Of a stretch of DNA of 64,000 nt, positions 1-11,527 are shown piece after piece. The notes under the pieces are model-generated. The model made no database searches. It was not told the DNA's origin and saw nothing but the letters and a program-made list of their open reading frames with translations. Location of the stretch: NCBI GenBank assembly GCA_951406725.2, contig OX597838.1, positions 44,888,001-44,952,000 on the forward strand. Reading direction: 5' to 3'. This stretch comes from Octopus vulgaris (taxonomy: Eukaryota). Within the stretch, counting starts at the first letter, position 1. Each line of letters begins with the position of its first letter. Made by a program: the position numbers and the translations under genes.

Positions 1-2468
1 AAGTTCGTGTTTTTCGTCGGGGGACGAATCGATTGAAGGAGAAGCCAGGAAAATTGAAAGCTTAATTTTTGACAATGTTTCTGATGTGTCGGAAAGCGAA
101 TTTCCAACGTTACCAAGAGTTACGAACACCGATAGGAAGACAGAAAAAGGGACCATCCAAAATGAAGAAAAGAAAAGTTTTGCGTCAGCGGCTGGTGGTG
201 GAACGCGACAACTGTCAGCTGGCATAAAAGAATTATCAAAATTTCAGGTCCATCACTCTTTTAAACGCAGAAGTGAAGATTTTGGTCAAGGTCTTAGCAA
301 AAAGGTTGGCGATTGTCGCGAATGGTATAGCCGGGGAGGCACAGACATGTGCCATCGCAAGAAGAACCATTCAGGATACTCTCCATCTTATTCGCTATAC
401 CATAGAGAGGGTTGGTAATAAATCTGGCAAAGGTGGGGCATTGGTGCATTTGGACCAGTCTAAAGCTTTTGGTAGGGTTGACGATCGATACCTGGCGACT
501 GTGCTTGCGCAGTTCGGCCTGGGCCTTGGCTTTCTCAGGTGGTTTATCGCTTTGTACCACAACATTGACTCAATAGTTCGGGTGAACGGTTTCCTTTCGA
601 AGTCATTCTGCATCAGACGCTCGGCTCGTCAAGGATGTCCGCTTTCACCACTTTTGTACGTGATGGCTCTCGAGCATTTACTGCGAAGGTTGAGTGGCAT
701 CCCGAGAGAACCAGGACTAGAGGAGTTTGTTACGGCTTATGTGGATGATATCACTATCAGCGTAACCTCGGCAGCACGCCTACGTGAAGTGGGTAAGACT
801 ATTGAGGCTTACGAGAAGGTGGCAGGAGCAAAGATTAACCGGGAAAAGTCAGTCGGCTTGTAGCTCGGCACCTGGGTTGGCAAGTCGATGCCTTCAGACA
901 GCGTTGTTATGCACTGGACGGAGAGACCGGTTAAGTTGCTGGGAGTTTGGTTTGGACCAGGCCTTCAGATAGAGAACTGGACGGAGGTATTGAGCAGGGT
1001 GGCTGCAGTAGTCAAGACCTGGTCTTGGCGGTGGCTATCCCTGAAAGGGAGGGCGGAGGTGGCCAATGTTTTTATCGCATCGGTCATTATCTACCGCCTG
1101 ACCGTTGTTCCCTGTCCGGATTCGTGGTTGATCAGGTTGGAGAGACAGCTCTTTCACTTTTTGTGGAAGGGCAGGTCGCCACTTGTGAAACGCTCTGTCT
1201 GCTGTCAAAAGCCTTTAAAGGTGAGGCACCTCTGGATTCTCCTGAATAGTGAACGGGTGTGGTCCCTGCTGGCCAGACAAATGTTCCCTGAGTTCAAGAA
1301 TTTTCGCGAACAGGAAGCCTGGTGTTCCCGTAGACCGAGGTTGAGTGAATGGCATAAAGAGTTCTGTGAGGCCCTCTTGCTATTCCGGCGCTCGGCAACG
1401 CCAGCGGTTGTGGTTCCACACGGATTTTATATAGTGGGTTGGTAGAGTCTGAATGCAACGATGGCCTGGGGTCGACTCTAGGCCTCGGATTTATTCAACT
1501 GGACAGCCTGTTTCACCGTACATTCGGGTTGAGAACGTTGGACAACTTCCAAAAGTCCTTAACCTGCCAATGCTACAGAGGTGCCTTGCCCGTTTGGGAT
1601 AAGCTCGCAAGACATGGTAAATGTCAGTCGCCGACCTGTCCAAGATGCGGGGGTGGGGGACAGGGAAACCGTCCCTCACGCTATTGTTCAGTGTCCGGAG
1701 ATAACTGAAATGTGGGCTTATGCTGAACACCTGTTGTCCGGCGAAGGAAAAGTATAGCTGTCGACTGAGTCAATTATAAAAATTGACCCACCGGGAGTTC
1801 TAACGAACGAAGGAAAGAATTGTTTTCTCACGGTTGTAGCAATAGCAAAAGAGGCTGTACGGAAGACGAGGATAAAAGGAATTAAGGCAGGCAACTTTAT
1901 CTCTGGTCACAATTTACGATCATTTTTTTTCTTTTCATTTGAAAAGGAAACTGTGGCTGGAGAAGAGGTGTCTGTCGGAGTGTACGTTCCAAAATAGATG
2001 GAAGTATGTTGCACGAGTGTTGTGCGTGCAAGGAACAGTGTGAATAGACGGGAAAAAAAGATACTTATTTCTTTATTACCCACAAGGGGCTAAACACAGA
2101 GAGGACAAACAAGGACAGACATAGGTATTAAGTCGATTACATCGACTCCAGTGCGTAACTGGTACTTAATTTATCGACCCCGAAAGGATGAAAGGCAAAG
2201 TCGACCTCGGCGGAATTTGAACTCACAACGTAACGGCAGACGAAATACCGCTAAGCATTTCGCCCCAGCGGTAGATCGGGGCTTGTGGGCTCGGAGCGTG
2301 GCCTGATCATCGCTTCATTTGTATTGTTTTTGTATTGTTAATTCCATTCGATTTTTATATATTGTATCTACATTTTTGAAGTCACATTATATGTAAAATG
2401 ATATCGCTTCACTTATCCCATCAGTTGTTCTGTCCATATCTATGTTTGGCCCCCGGTGGGCAATAAAT
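1..2468 (+). mobile_element. Degenerate, internally deleted Tx1/L1-clade non-LTR retrotransposon (ORF1-like start, RT, zf-RVT, 3' UTR)
   Basis: RT motifs NFRSITLLNAEVKILVKVLAKRL (~239), LDQSKAFGRV, RQGCPLSPLLY, AYVDD, KINREKS; then KLLGVWF, LSLKGRAEVANVFI and a C-terminal TCPRC knuckle. Stops and frameshifts split it into ORFs 273-863, 888-1445 and 1439-1708. 3' end GCCCCCGGTGGGCAATAAAT. Confidence 0.9.
2064..2265 (-). mobile_element. SINE family A, Tx1-tailed subfamily, 5'-truncated, inserted in the LINE 3' UTR
   Basis: Reverse complement of the family A body (GTCGACTTTGCCTTTCATCCTTTCGGGGTCGATAAATTAAGTACCAG) plus the tail GTTTAGCCCCTTGTGGGTAATAAAGAAATA. Confidence 0.85.
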
Positions 2469-2469
2469 A

Positions 2470-3250
2470 GGTATTTCGTCTGCCGCTACTTTCTGAGTTC
2501 AAATTCCGCCGAGGTCAACTTTGTCTTTCATCCTTTCGTGGTCGATTAAATAAGTACCAGTTACGCACTGGGGTCGATACAATCGACTTAATCCCTTTGT
2601 CTGTTCTTGTTTGTCCTCTCTGTGTTTAGCCCCTTGTGGGTAGTAAAGAAATAGGTATTTCGTCTGCCACTACGTTCTGAGTACAAATTCCGCCGAGGTC
2701 GACTTTGCCTTTCATCCTTTCGGGGTCGATAAATTAAGTACCAGTTGTGTATTGAGGTCGCTCTAATCGACTGGCTCCCTCCCCCAAATTTTCGGGCCTT
2801 GTACCTAGAGTAGAAAAGAATATATCTTACTCACAAGACGGCGAGTTGGCAGGATCGATAGCACATTGAGAAAAAAACGGCATTTCAATCGTCTTAAGTT
2901 CAAATTCCACTCAGGTTGACCATGCCTTTCATCCTTTCGGGGTCGATAAAAAAAAGTGCGATTTGAGTACTGGCGTCAGTGTTATCGATTCTATCCATCC
3001 CCTTCGAAATATTTGGCCTTGTGCCAAAATTTGAAACCAGTTTATCAATCACACATGGTGGTGAGCTGGAGGAATCGTTCGCACGCAGGGCAAAGCCATA
3101 GCAGCATTTCGCCCGTCTTTACAGAAATTCATCTTGTTCTATACCTTCTAGATCGATGAAATAAAGTACCAGTCAAGTACCGAAGTCGATGGAATAGTCT
3201 AATCCACTACTTCCGTATTCTAGATCTTGTAATTTTATCTGGAACCAATA
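2470..3250 (+). mobile_element. Tandem cluster of four SINE family A copies (~2470-2653, 2654-2820, 2836-3040, 3056-3250)
   Basis: Repeated B-box-like GAGTTCAAATTCC followed by the central domain GCCTTTCATCCTTTCGGGGTCGAT, which from recall resembles the Meta/MESC SINE domain. Three different 3' tails. Confidence 0.85.
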
Positions 3251-4319
3251 AATTTATCGCACATACTTTATCCACCCTTATTTCGCTGGCGTGGTGATGA
3301 GACGCTGCTATCTCTACAACTCGAGTGTCCGTCATTAGCAAGACCAAATAAGGTTGAAACTATATAATCTGGTGGTCTCAGCGCTAGCAGTGGCAGGGAT
3401 TTATCACCCCGCCAGCAATATAGACAAGAGTACACTTTGCACCAAAAGCCAATATGAGAGTAAATATTGGAAAATGAAAATATCCATTGCCAAAATGATA
3501 CTTGTTTTTCATTTATATCCGCATCCTCCTTCGGTAGCTGCTGTCGGTGGTGGTAGCGGTGGGAGATGCTTCCCTTTGAGTTATGCAGAAGCTACAAAAC
3601 ACAATAAACACTCTTCAGATTCTGAATCTCTCTAATCGATAACAGTAAACCCTAACCTCACACCTACAACGTAGTCAGGTTTCTGCTAGTGTAACGAATC
3701 AATAATGCATAGAATTTATTTCGGGTAGAAGAAAGGTGGAGTAAAAATAGGGTTCTCGGGTTGCATCATACAAGCGAATTAATTCCAGTTAATTAGTCAA
3801 CCAAGCAAGAGAGAGAGAGAGAGAAGTAAGATAGAGAGGGACAGACAGACAGAGACAGACAAAGAGGGGTTGAGAGATAGAAATACAGACATGCAAATAG
3901 AAAGGAGGGAAAAAGATCGGGTGGGGAAGGGGAAGAAGAAAATGGGAAGGGAATGGTGAAGGAGAAAGGGAGAGCGGAGGAGAGGAGGATAGAAAGAGAG
4001 AAAGAAGAAAAATGGAGACAGGGAAAGAGAGAAAAGAGAGAGAGAGAGAGGGGTGTGAGAAAAAGAGGAGAGCGAAAGAGACAAAGAAGCAATGAATGGT
4101 ACAATGACCGACCTGGAAGCGTTTTAGAGTTTCTTAAGTCATCAGTTTCCTTGGGAATAAACCAAAAAAAAAAGTGTCTTGTAGGTAACTGAAACTGTTA
4201 AAAATAAAGAAGAGCCAAATCTCCCTCAAATCGACCCCTACTCTGTTACCGAAAAACTATTCGTTTGGATAATAAACACCACATTTACAGAATTACTGGG
4301 AAAATATTGGATGGGAGCC

Positions 4320-4625
4320 GCCGATGTGGCTCCGTGGTTAAGAAATTTGCCTCGCTCATATGTGTTTGGGGTTTGGTTCTTCTACCCAGCACTCTCAGCA
4401 AATGCTTACTACTATAAACCCTACTCGACCAATGTAAGGGAATCTAATGAGCGAAAACTGTACAGAAGCCCGTCATATATGTATGTGTGAGAGTTAGTGT
4501 GTATGTGCGTACGCGTGTGTATATGTCCCTCTTCTTGGTAACGGAGTTTGCTTTGTTTAAAGTGATCGTAAAGTAGCGGTTCGTCAAAACAAACTGATAG
4601 AATAAGCACCACATTTAAAAGTAAG
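4320..4625 (+). mobile_element. Degenerate SINE family B
   Basis: GTGGCT..GTGGTTAAG head, AGAAGCCCGTC, internal (TG)n and GCGGTTCG..AAAAC..ACTGATAGAATAAG, as in the intact copies at 26011 and 50058. Confidence 0.7.
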
Positions 4626-4626
4626 T

Positions 4627-4860
4627 ACGTTACTCCTCCCGAAAGTAAAGAAAAGTGCGACTGTTATCGAATGAACAATATTTCGACAATATTTCGTGTG
4701 TCTTCCACAGTCGCACTCTTCTTATTGTTTCTTTACCTTCGGGAGGAGTAACGTCAATCCTTAAATATTACCAAAATGAAGGAGATTGAGATGTTTATTT
4801 TGAACTTGTGGAAGACACACGATGTGTAGAAATATTGTTCATTCGATAACAGTCGCACTC
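4627..4860. repeat. Penelope-like pLTR remnant with nested inverted repeats and a hammerhead-like motif
   Basis: 4627-4653 is the inverse of 4728-4754, and 4654-4709 is the inverse of 4807-4859. Hammerhead-like fold at 4801-4841. Confidence 0.6.
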
Positions 4861-4909
4861 TCTTCTTCTTCTTCTTCTTCTTCTTCTTCTTCTTCTTCTT
4901 CTTCTTCTT

Positions 4910-4986
<77 letters not shown>
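4861..4986. repeat. Compound (CTT)n(ATT)n microsatellite
   Basis: Direct reading. Confidence 0.95.
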
Positions 4987-4990
<4 letters not shown>

Positions 4991-6390
4991 TTTTATTTTT
5001 ATAACGTGCTTTCACTTCACTACCGAGTGCAGCTCTGTGTGCCTTGGGTATGTGCTGTGATTTGTTGTGATGCTCTGATGGTTATTGTATGGAAAGTGTT
5101 CTGCGTAGGATGTGTGCAGTGCCTAGTAGTGCAATTTTCTGTATGTTATATGTGTTTGTAAGTCCTGGTGTTTTTGTTATGTATTTGTCTGAATATTTTT
5201 TTATCATGCCTAATGCACCTACTATGATAGGAATTGCTTCTGTTTTCAGGTTTCACATTCTAGTTACCTCTATTTCCAGGTCTTTGTATTTTGAGAGTTT
5301 CTCCATTTCTTTTAGAGACACGTTGTCATCTGCCGGTATTGATACATCAATTAGAAAGCATTTTTTTCTTCATGATCTCTGACAACTATATCTGGTCTGT
5401 TGGCCTTAATTTCTCTATCTGTGTGTATCGGCATATCCCAGAGTATGGTTGCTTTCTCGTTTTCTGTGACCTTTTCTGGTGTGTGCCTATACCATCTTTT
5501 TTCTGTTGTTATTCCATAATGTTGGCATAGCTTCCAATGTATGTAGGTTCCAACTCTGTCATGTCTGTGAATATATTCCTTCTTAGCCAGGACTGGGCAG
5601 CTAGAGATAATATGATTTATTGTTTCTTGTCCATCTCCACATATTCTGCAGTTACTTGTAATATTTTTTTCATTACATGTTTTTGGTAATTTCTGGTGGG
5701 GAGGCTTTGGTCTTGTGCTGCAGTTAAAAATCCCTCTGTTTCTGCTTTGAGTCCTGAGCTTCTCAAACATTGCTGGGATTTTACTTTGTCTATTTCTTTT
5801 GCGTTTAGTTTAGTGCAGTAATTATCATGAAGGGGCTTTTCTTGCCATCGTTTTATCATGGCTCGTTGCTGTTCTATTTTTAGTTTGGATTTCATTTGTT
5901 TTATAGCTTTTGTTGTTTCTTCATCATCTTCTTCTTCTTCTTTGTATTTATTAGGTGGTATGATTTCTTGTTTGTATTTGTCAGCTTCCTTAAATACTGA
6001 GAACAGTTTTTTGTTTTGCTCGTGTTTTGCTGCTATCTGGATCAGTTTTCCTTCCTTCTGAAGTAGGTATTTTTGCAGTCCTATGGTGGTTATTTTATAG
6101 TAGTTTTCCAGCTGTATAAGGCCTCTACCACCTTCTATACGTTGTATATATAGTCTTTCTATGTCAGATTTTGGGTGATGCATCCTAGATCCTGTCAGTA
6201 TTTTTCTTGTTTTCCTATCTATTTTGGACAGTTCATTTCGTGTCCAGTTAAGGATATTGTAGCTGTAACTTATAACTGGGACAGCTAAAGTGTTGATACC
6301 TATTATCTTGTTTTTAGCATTGAGCTCTGTTTTTAGTATTGATCTAACTCGTCTACAATATTCTTTTTTTATTTTCTCTTTCATTTGTGT

Positions 6391-6392
<2 letters not shown>
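4987..6392 (-). mobile_element. 5'-truncated R4/Dong-clade RLE non-LTR retrotransposon
   Basis: ORFs 5617-6384 and 5351-5770: HHPKSDIERLY..R..GGRGL, LKAETEGFLTAAQDQSL, CCHC knuckle CRICGDGQETINHIISSC, RHD, ILWDMPI and ANRPDIVV (restriction-like endonuclease). Flanked on both sides by (TAA)n. Confidence 0.92.
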
Positions 6393-6448
<56 letters not shown>

Positions 6449-6449
<1 letters not shown>

Positions 6450-6998
6450 GAGTGAGTGAGAGAGCAGTGCATGCCATCAAAGTGACACTGGGGTAAAATA
6501 TACGAAGCCGAGTATACCCATCATGATTACCCGTCTGATAAGGGTACATGCATCACAAACATATGTGCGCGACATGGTGATCTCATATCAAGATAAACAG
6601 CGCATGACCTTGAAGGTGGGGCCCAGTTAGAATTTTCTTCAGGTCGAGTAACCCATCCCGCTCGAAAGTTCCTGAATAAGGGTTGTTTAAGGATGTTGAA
6701 CGAAACACCCATGTTTCCAGGGGTGAATTATTCAAACCCCAAAGAATCCCTCTCAACACATGGCTATGATGCTCCCCCACTACTTCTGCTCGTGATCACA
6801 GAAGCACATATCGTCAACCACTAAGGGACATGCTCAACTGGTTAAGGTCAAACAACTGACAAGCAAATCTGTGGTATTGAGCAGAATATTTGCTGTAGCC
6901 CATCTTTTATACCAAGACAAAACAATGTACATGATAACACTTCCAATCAGTTAGGATCGGAAGCCATGAGAGCCACTGCCTGGTACTACATCAGGGCA
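6449..6998 (-). mobile_element. ~550-bp non-coding interspersed repeat, here called family E
   Basis: A second colinear copy lies at 63383-63853. Both copies abut (ATT)n at the same end. Confidence 0.8.
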
Positions 6999-7788
6999 GT
7001 TCGGGCCGGAGCCCATGGATAACTTCCAGAGGTCCCTCACCTGGCAGTGCTACCGAGTAGCGCTGCCTGTTCAAGATAAACTCTACCGGCACGGAAGTGC
7101 CGTCAACCGGGCCTGCCCGAGGTGCTGCCAGGACGACGAAACTTTTCTGCACGCACTCGTCCAGTGCCCGAGTATTGCTGACCTCTGGGTTTATGTCCAA
7201 CAGCTACTGTCACGTATAGAACGAATCCGGCTATCAGCTGAATCCATAGGGAAGATTGCCTCGCCAAACTCCTTTAACCGGGAGGGCAAGGCAATTTTTC
7301 TTTGTCTAGTGGCTGTAGCGAAAGAGGTGATATGGTGGACCCGTTTGAAAGGGCTAAGGCCAGACGCTTTCCTCTTTGGCCAAGGCTTCATCAATTTTTT
7401 CAAGTTACACTTGAAAAGGAAGATGAGAATAGAGAGGGAAGTGCTGTCTCGTAGCAAATTTATTGAAAGGTGAGTGAATGTCGGAAGAATGGCCAGTATG
7501 AACGGAACAATTCTGAGGATGCACCTGTAAAAAAAAGGTAATATAAAAGAAGAAAGGGGATCTCTACCCCCTTTTGACCAGGCTCCCGTGGCTTTTATGG
7601 GTTTTTCCACGAGTAACCTTTCGAAACGCCTCGCCCTATTGGGAGTTTTTACTTATATTTTCGTTGTTTTCTTGCATTTTTACACGGACTTTTCAAACGG
7701 ACAAAACCCTTTTTGTAACTTTCGTCCTGTATTTTGTCCTTACATGTTTTATTTGATTTTTGTTAGCCCTTTTGGCCAATAAACGAAT
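6999..7788 (+). mobile_element. 5'-truncated Tx1/L1-clade LINE 3' end (zf-RVT plus 3' UTR)
   Basis: ORF 7015-7473 (DNFQRSLTWQCYR..LPV.DKL, CPRC..DDETFLHALVQCP) is homologous to 1540-2040. It ends GCCCTTTTGGCCAATAAA. Confidence 0.88.
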
Positions 7789-7817
7789 TAATTATTATTA
7801 TTATTATTATTATTATT

Positions 7818-8008
7818 AAAGCGGCGAGCACGGCTGGCAAAACGTTTAGAATCATTTCGTCCGTTTTCACGTTCTGAGTTTAAATTCCATTGACTTTACC
7901 TTTTATCCTTTCGGGTCGATAAAATAAGTACCAGCTGAATACTGGGGTCGATGTAATCGACTAAGCCCATCCCCCTAAATTGCTGACCTTGTGCCAAAAT
8001 TTGAAAGC
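7818..8008 (+). mobile_element. SINE family A
   Basis: GCGGCGAGC head, central domain, tail CCTTGTGCCAAAATTTGAAA. Confidence 0.8.
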
Positions 8009-8401
8009 ATTATTATTATCAGTGTGGCTGTCGTCGTTGTTGTTTTTGTTCTTGTTGCTGTTGTTGTTTATTATAGTGACCACAACCACCATTGGCCTTA
8101 TCATCATCAAGGGCAAATATAATTCATCGAGCAGCAGTGGTGGAAATGCTAAATGTGCACTTTCAACCGCATGCGAACTGAAAATCCGTCGTCACCGATA
8201 CAGGAAAACAATGACTGAAAAATTACTGGTGTGGCAGTTATGAGGACAGCTGAATAGAAATTCAGTATGTTAGATCAAAGTAGCAATCAGTGTGTCATAC
8301 TTAATTCAAACGCATCACGGAAAGCCAACTGCTGTATTCATCCGGACATAATATCTCTTATGGACGTATTGTGTTAAATGACGTAGAACTATTAGAATAG
8401 T

Positions 8402-8730
8402 TATGAGAGCTCAAAATCTCTCGTGGAAGCGCCATCCAACCAAAGTACAAATATATGGGAAACTACCACCTGTGTCATCTCTTGTGAAAGGTAGAAGAGT
8501 CCAGTTTGCTGGACATTGTTGTAGAGCTGAAAACGAGGCAATTTCTATTCTTCTCCTCTGGAAGCCATCTACTCGCGATACCAGAGGGCGTACACTCTCC
8601 TACCCTGATGTAATCTCCAGGGATACAGGCATCCAGCAACAGGACCTCCGTAATGCTATTTTGGACCGTGAAGTCTGGCGTAGCATAGTAAATTCCTTTG
8701 TCTCGACCACGGTCGAACAATGATGATGAT
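8402..8730 (+). mobile_element. RTE-clade LINE 3' fragment with (GAT)n tail
   Basis: RRVQFAGHCCR...LLLWKP...RGR C-terminus. Highly similar to the 3' part of the copy at 19008-19835. Confidence 0.88.
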
Positions 8731-9912
8731 GACAGTAGCAGAAGAAATACTTATTTCTTCTCGTTCTGTATTGTACGGCTACGCCTCAGTCCATTGCTGA
8801 GCGACTGCACTAACGTGAACGTTTTACCAACTGAAGAGATTGCTAACCCTTTGGCGAAACTTTCAGTAAAGTGACTTCGTGAATTTTCACCCAACAGATT
8901 CACGACAAAACGAAGCAGATTTCGAGGAATAAAGAAAGAAAGAAAGAAAGAAAGAAAAGAAGGAAAGAAAAAAGAAGGAAAAACGAGAAAGATATGAGAG
9001 GGATATAGAATGACAAATAAGGGTTGTGAGGAAGAAGGAAAAGTGACCGAGTCCAGTACTAATTTTACCGACCCTATAGAGATAAAGATTGAAGCTGATC
9101 TCAATGAGATTTGAATTTGAACTCAGAGCGCCGAACGCCTGGGCAAATACCATGAGATACATCTTTTTGCCATTTTAACTCTGTCAGAACTCATTATAAT
9201 ATAACAAACAGTAAAAGCTCTTGAGATTTCTACGAAATATACGTAAGTCAAATGTAATTTACTTACACAATGTAACCCCTAAACTTTTCCCCAGTTAACT
9301 CCGCAAGCTTTATTCTGATCGGTGTATTAACGTAACAACTCTATGTGTCATTTTAAAAATCAACAACAGCCGAAATCTCACAACAGCCGAAACCTTAATA
9401 ACGTCAAAAACCACTCAAAGGATATGTTACATGCGATACGCTTTTGTGAATTGATATACTTGCTGGATATCCCAAAGGATATCAGTTCAGTTTACTTCAT
9501 TATCGTATGATTGATGTGTTCTTTGATTCTGCAATGTTCTGCTATTCAGGTGGTGGCGCTTTGTTCAGTATTTAGAATTGCCATGAAAAAAAAAAGAAAG
9601 AGAAGAACATAGCCTGAACATTGGTTCATAGAAAATGTGACATGACATCTTCATTGATTGGAATCTAATATTCCTCGTCCGGTTCTCCTTCTAAAGATTC
9701 TATCTTCAATAATTCATGGAAGATGCGTTGTGTAGAGTACAGTTGAAGTATATTACAGTTCATTAATGCACTTGGTTGCAGCAGCCTGCTGGGATATATC
9801 CAGCGAACATTCTTACTGCACTCGTAAAGGTCTTACACATTTATACATGCACAGTGTGTGTATTTATAATAAAAACAATGAGATTGATGATGATGATGAT
9901 GATAACAATAAT

Positions 9913-10088
9913 TATTTCAAATTTTGCACAAAGCCAGCAATTTGGGGGAGAGAGGCTAAGTCGATTACATCGACCCCAAGTGCTCAACTGGTAATTATTT
10001 AATCAAGAATTTGAACTCAGAATGTAAGGACGGGCAAAATGCCGCTAAATATTATGCCCGGCGTGCTGACAATTCTGCCAGTTCGCCT
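9913..10088 (-). mobile_element. SINE family A with internal deletion, next to (TAA)n at 10088-10253
   Basis: TTTCAAATTTTGCACAAAGCCAGC...AAGTCGATTACATCGACCCC...GAATTTGAACTCAG...TTCTGCCAGTTCGCC. Confidence 0.8.
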
Positions 10089-10144
10089 AATAATAGCAAT
10101 AATAATAATAATAATAATAATAACAATAATAATAATAGTAATAC

Positions 10145-10225
<81 letters not shown>

Positions 10226-10404
10226 TAATAATGATAATAATAATAATAATAATACTGAGTCGCATGAGTACTGGAGTGGGAGAAATGTAAGATTTTGTGG
10301 GATTTTCTTATTCAAAAGGACAAGAAGTTATAAGATAATAGATCAGACAATTATAGATAGGATGCGAAGTTGCTTACTGATCGACCCATAATGCACGTTT
10401 GATC

Positions 10405-11100
10405 CCAGGATCGTGAAGTAAGAGGACAAAAAGCAAAAAAAAAAAAAAAAGAAAGAAAATTACAATACCCTAAAATTTGAAAAAGGAAGAATTTGGAGTA
10501 TAAGAACCGTAACGGTCTTGCCCGTAATAATTGGTGCGCTGGGAACAGTAAGCAACGATATAGAGAAATGGCTGAACGGAGATTGGAATAGAATGCCCAG
10601 TGGTGCTCCTACAGAAAGTTTGTCTTTTAGAGACAGCAAGGATTATCAGGAGGATTCTAAGCACTTGAAAGGCAACTGAAAACTTGTGGCTTTCTAAGGT
10701 TACAGGCATTTAACCTGCTACCCACAGGAATAAGACAGAACCTGAGCCAAACCAGAATAATGATTGAGGATAAAAACAAAACAAAAGAAAAAAAGAAAAA
10801 GGCAATGCTTTAAAATTTGAAATTTCCTGTATTTGGAAAATGAAAACTGTGAAGGTTGCGCTTGTAATGATTGATGCATTGAGAACTATGAGTAAAAACA
10901 TGGAGAAATGGTTGAAGGTACTTGGAATAGACTCTGTGGTAGAACTCCTGCAGAGATTTTGGCTCATAGGAACAGGAAGCATTATTAGGGGTGCGCTTGA
11001 AAGACTCTTAAAACTTGTGGATACCTAAGGTTACAAATAGTAACCCGTTACCCACATAAATTCTACCAGGAATAACAGTGAACCTGTGTCAAATCACCAA
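10405..11100 (+). mobile_element. Two tandem, divergent R4/Dong 3'-terminal fragments (~10405-10760 and ~10800-11100)
   Basis: Translations LKFE..RIWSIRTVTVLPVIIGALGTV..IEKWL...LLQKVCLL.TARIIRRIL and LKFEI..IWKMKTVKV..VMIDAL..M.KWL..LGI...LLQ...GT..IIR. Shared 3' UTR CTAAGGTTACA...TAACC.G.TACCCACA, then (TAA)n. Confidence 0.8.
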
Positions 11101-11452
11101 TAATAATAATAATGTTAATTATAATAACAACAACAACAACAACAACAACAACAATAACAATAATAATAATAATTAGGTGTCTGATTGTAACCCGGGTGAT
11201 CACCTCATCAGTACTTCATGTAAGAACCAGGCGAACGTAGTCATGCAATAACATAGGAAGATCAGTTATGTTTTTAAAACTGATCCAAAGAGGAACTTCG
11301 CGAATACAAGGTCTGATAGAGTAGCCCAGGGTCAATAATCTGACAGGGTCAATAATAAGTGATTTGACTGAAGAAAAGAGAGGTTCAACCAATGATCCGA
11401 TCGTTCCCGTAAACGGACGGTGTTTATTCCATACCATAAGTTCTGCAATACA

Positions 11453-11527
<75 letters not shown>

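Noticed and set aside
2470-3250. Regularly repeated units suggestive of a CRISPR array
   Set aside because: The units are ~180-bp SINEs in eukaryotic DNA, with no spacers and no cas genes.
3354-3635. ORF with a signal-peptide-like start
   Set aside because: Non-ATG start, no recognisable domain, and short enough to arise by chance.
11185-11215. CTGATGA-GGTGATCACC on the minus strand, a possible hammerhead
   Set aside because: Helix II is not followed by GAAA, so the core is incomplete.
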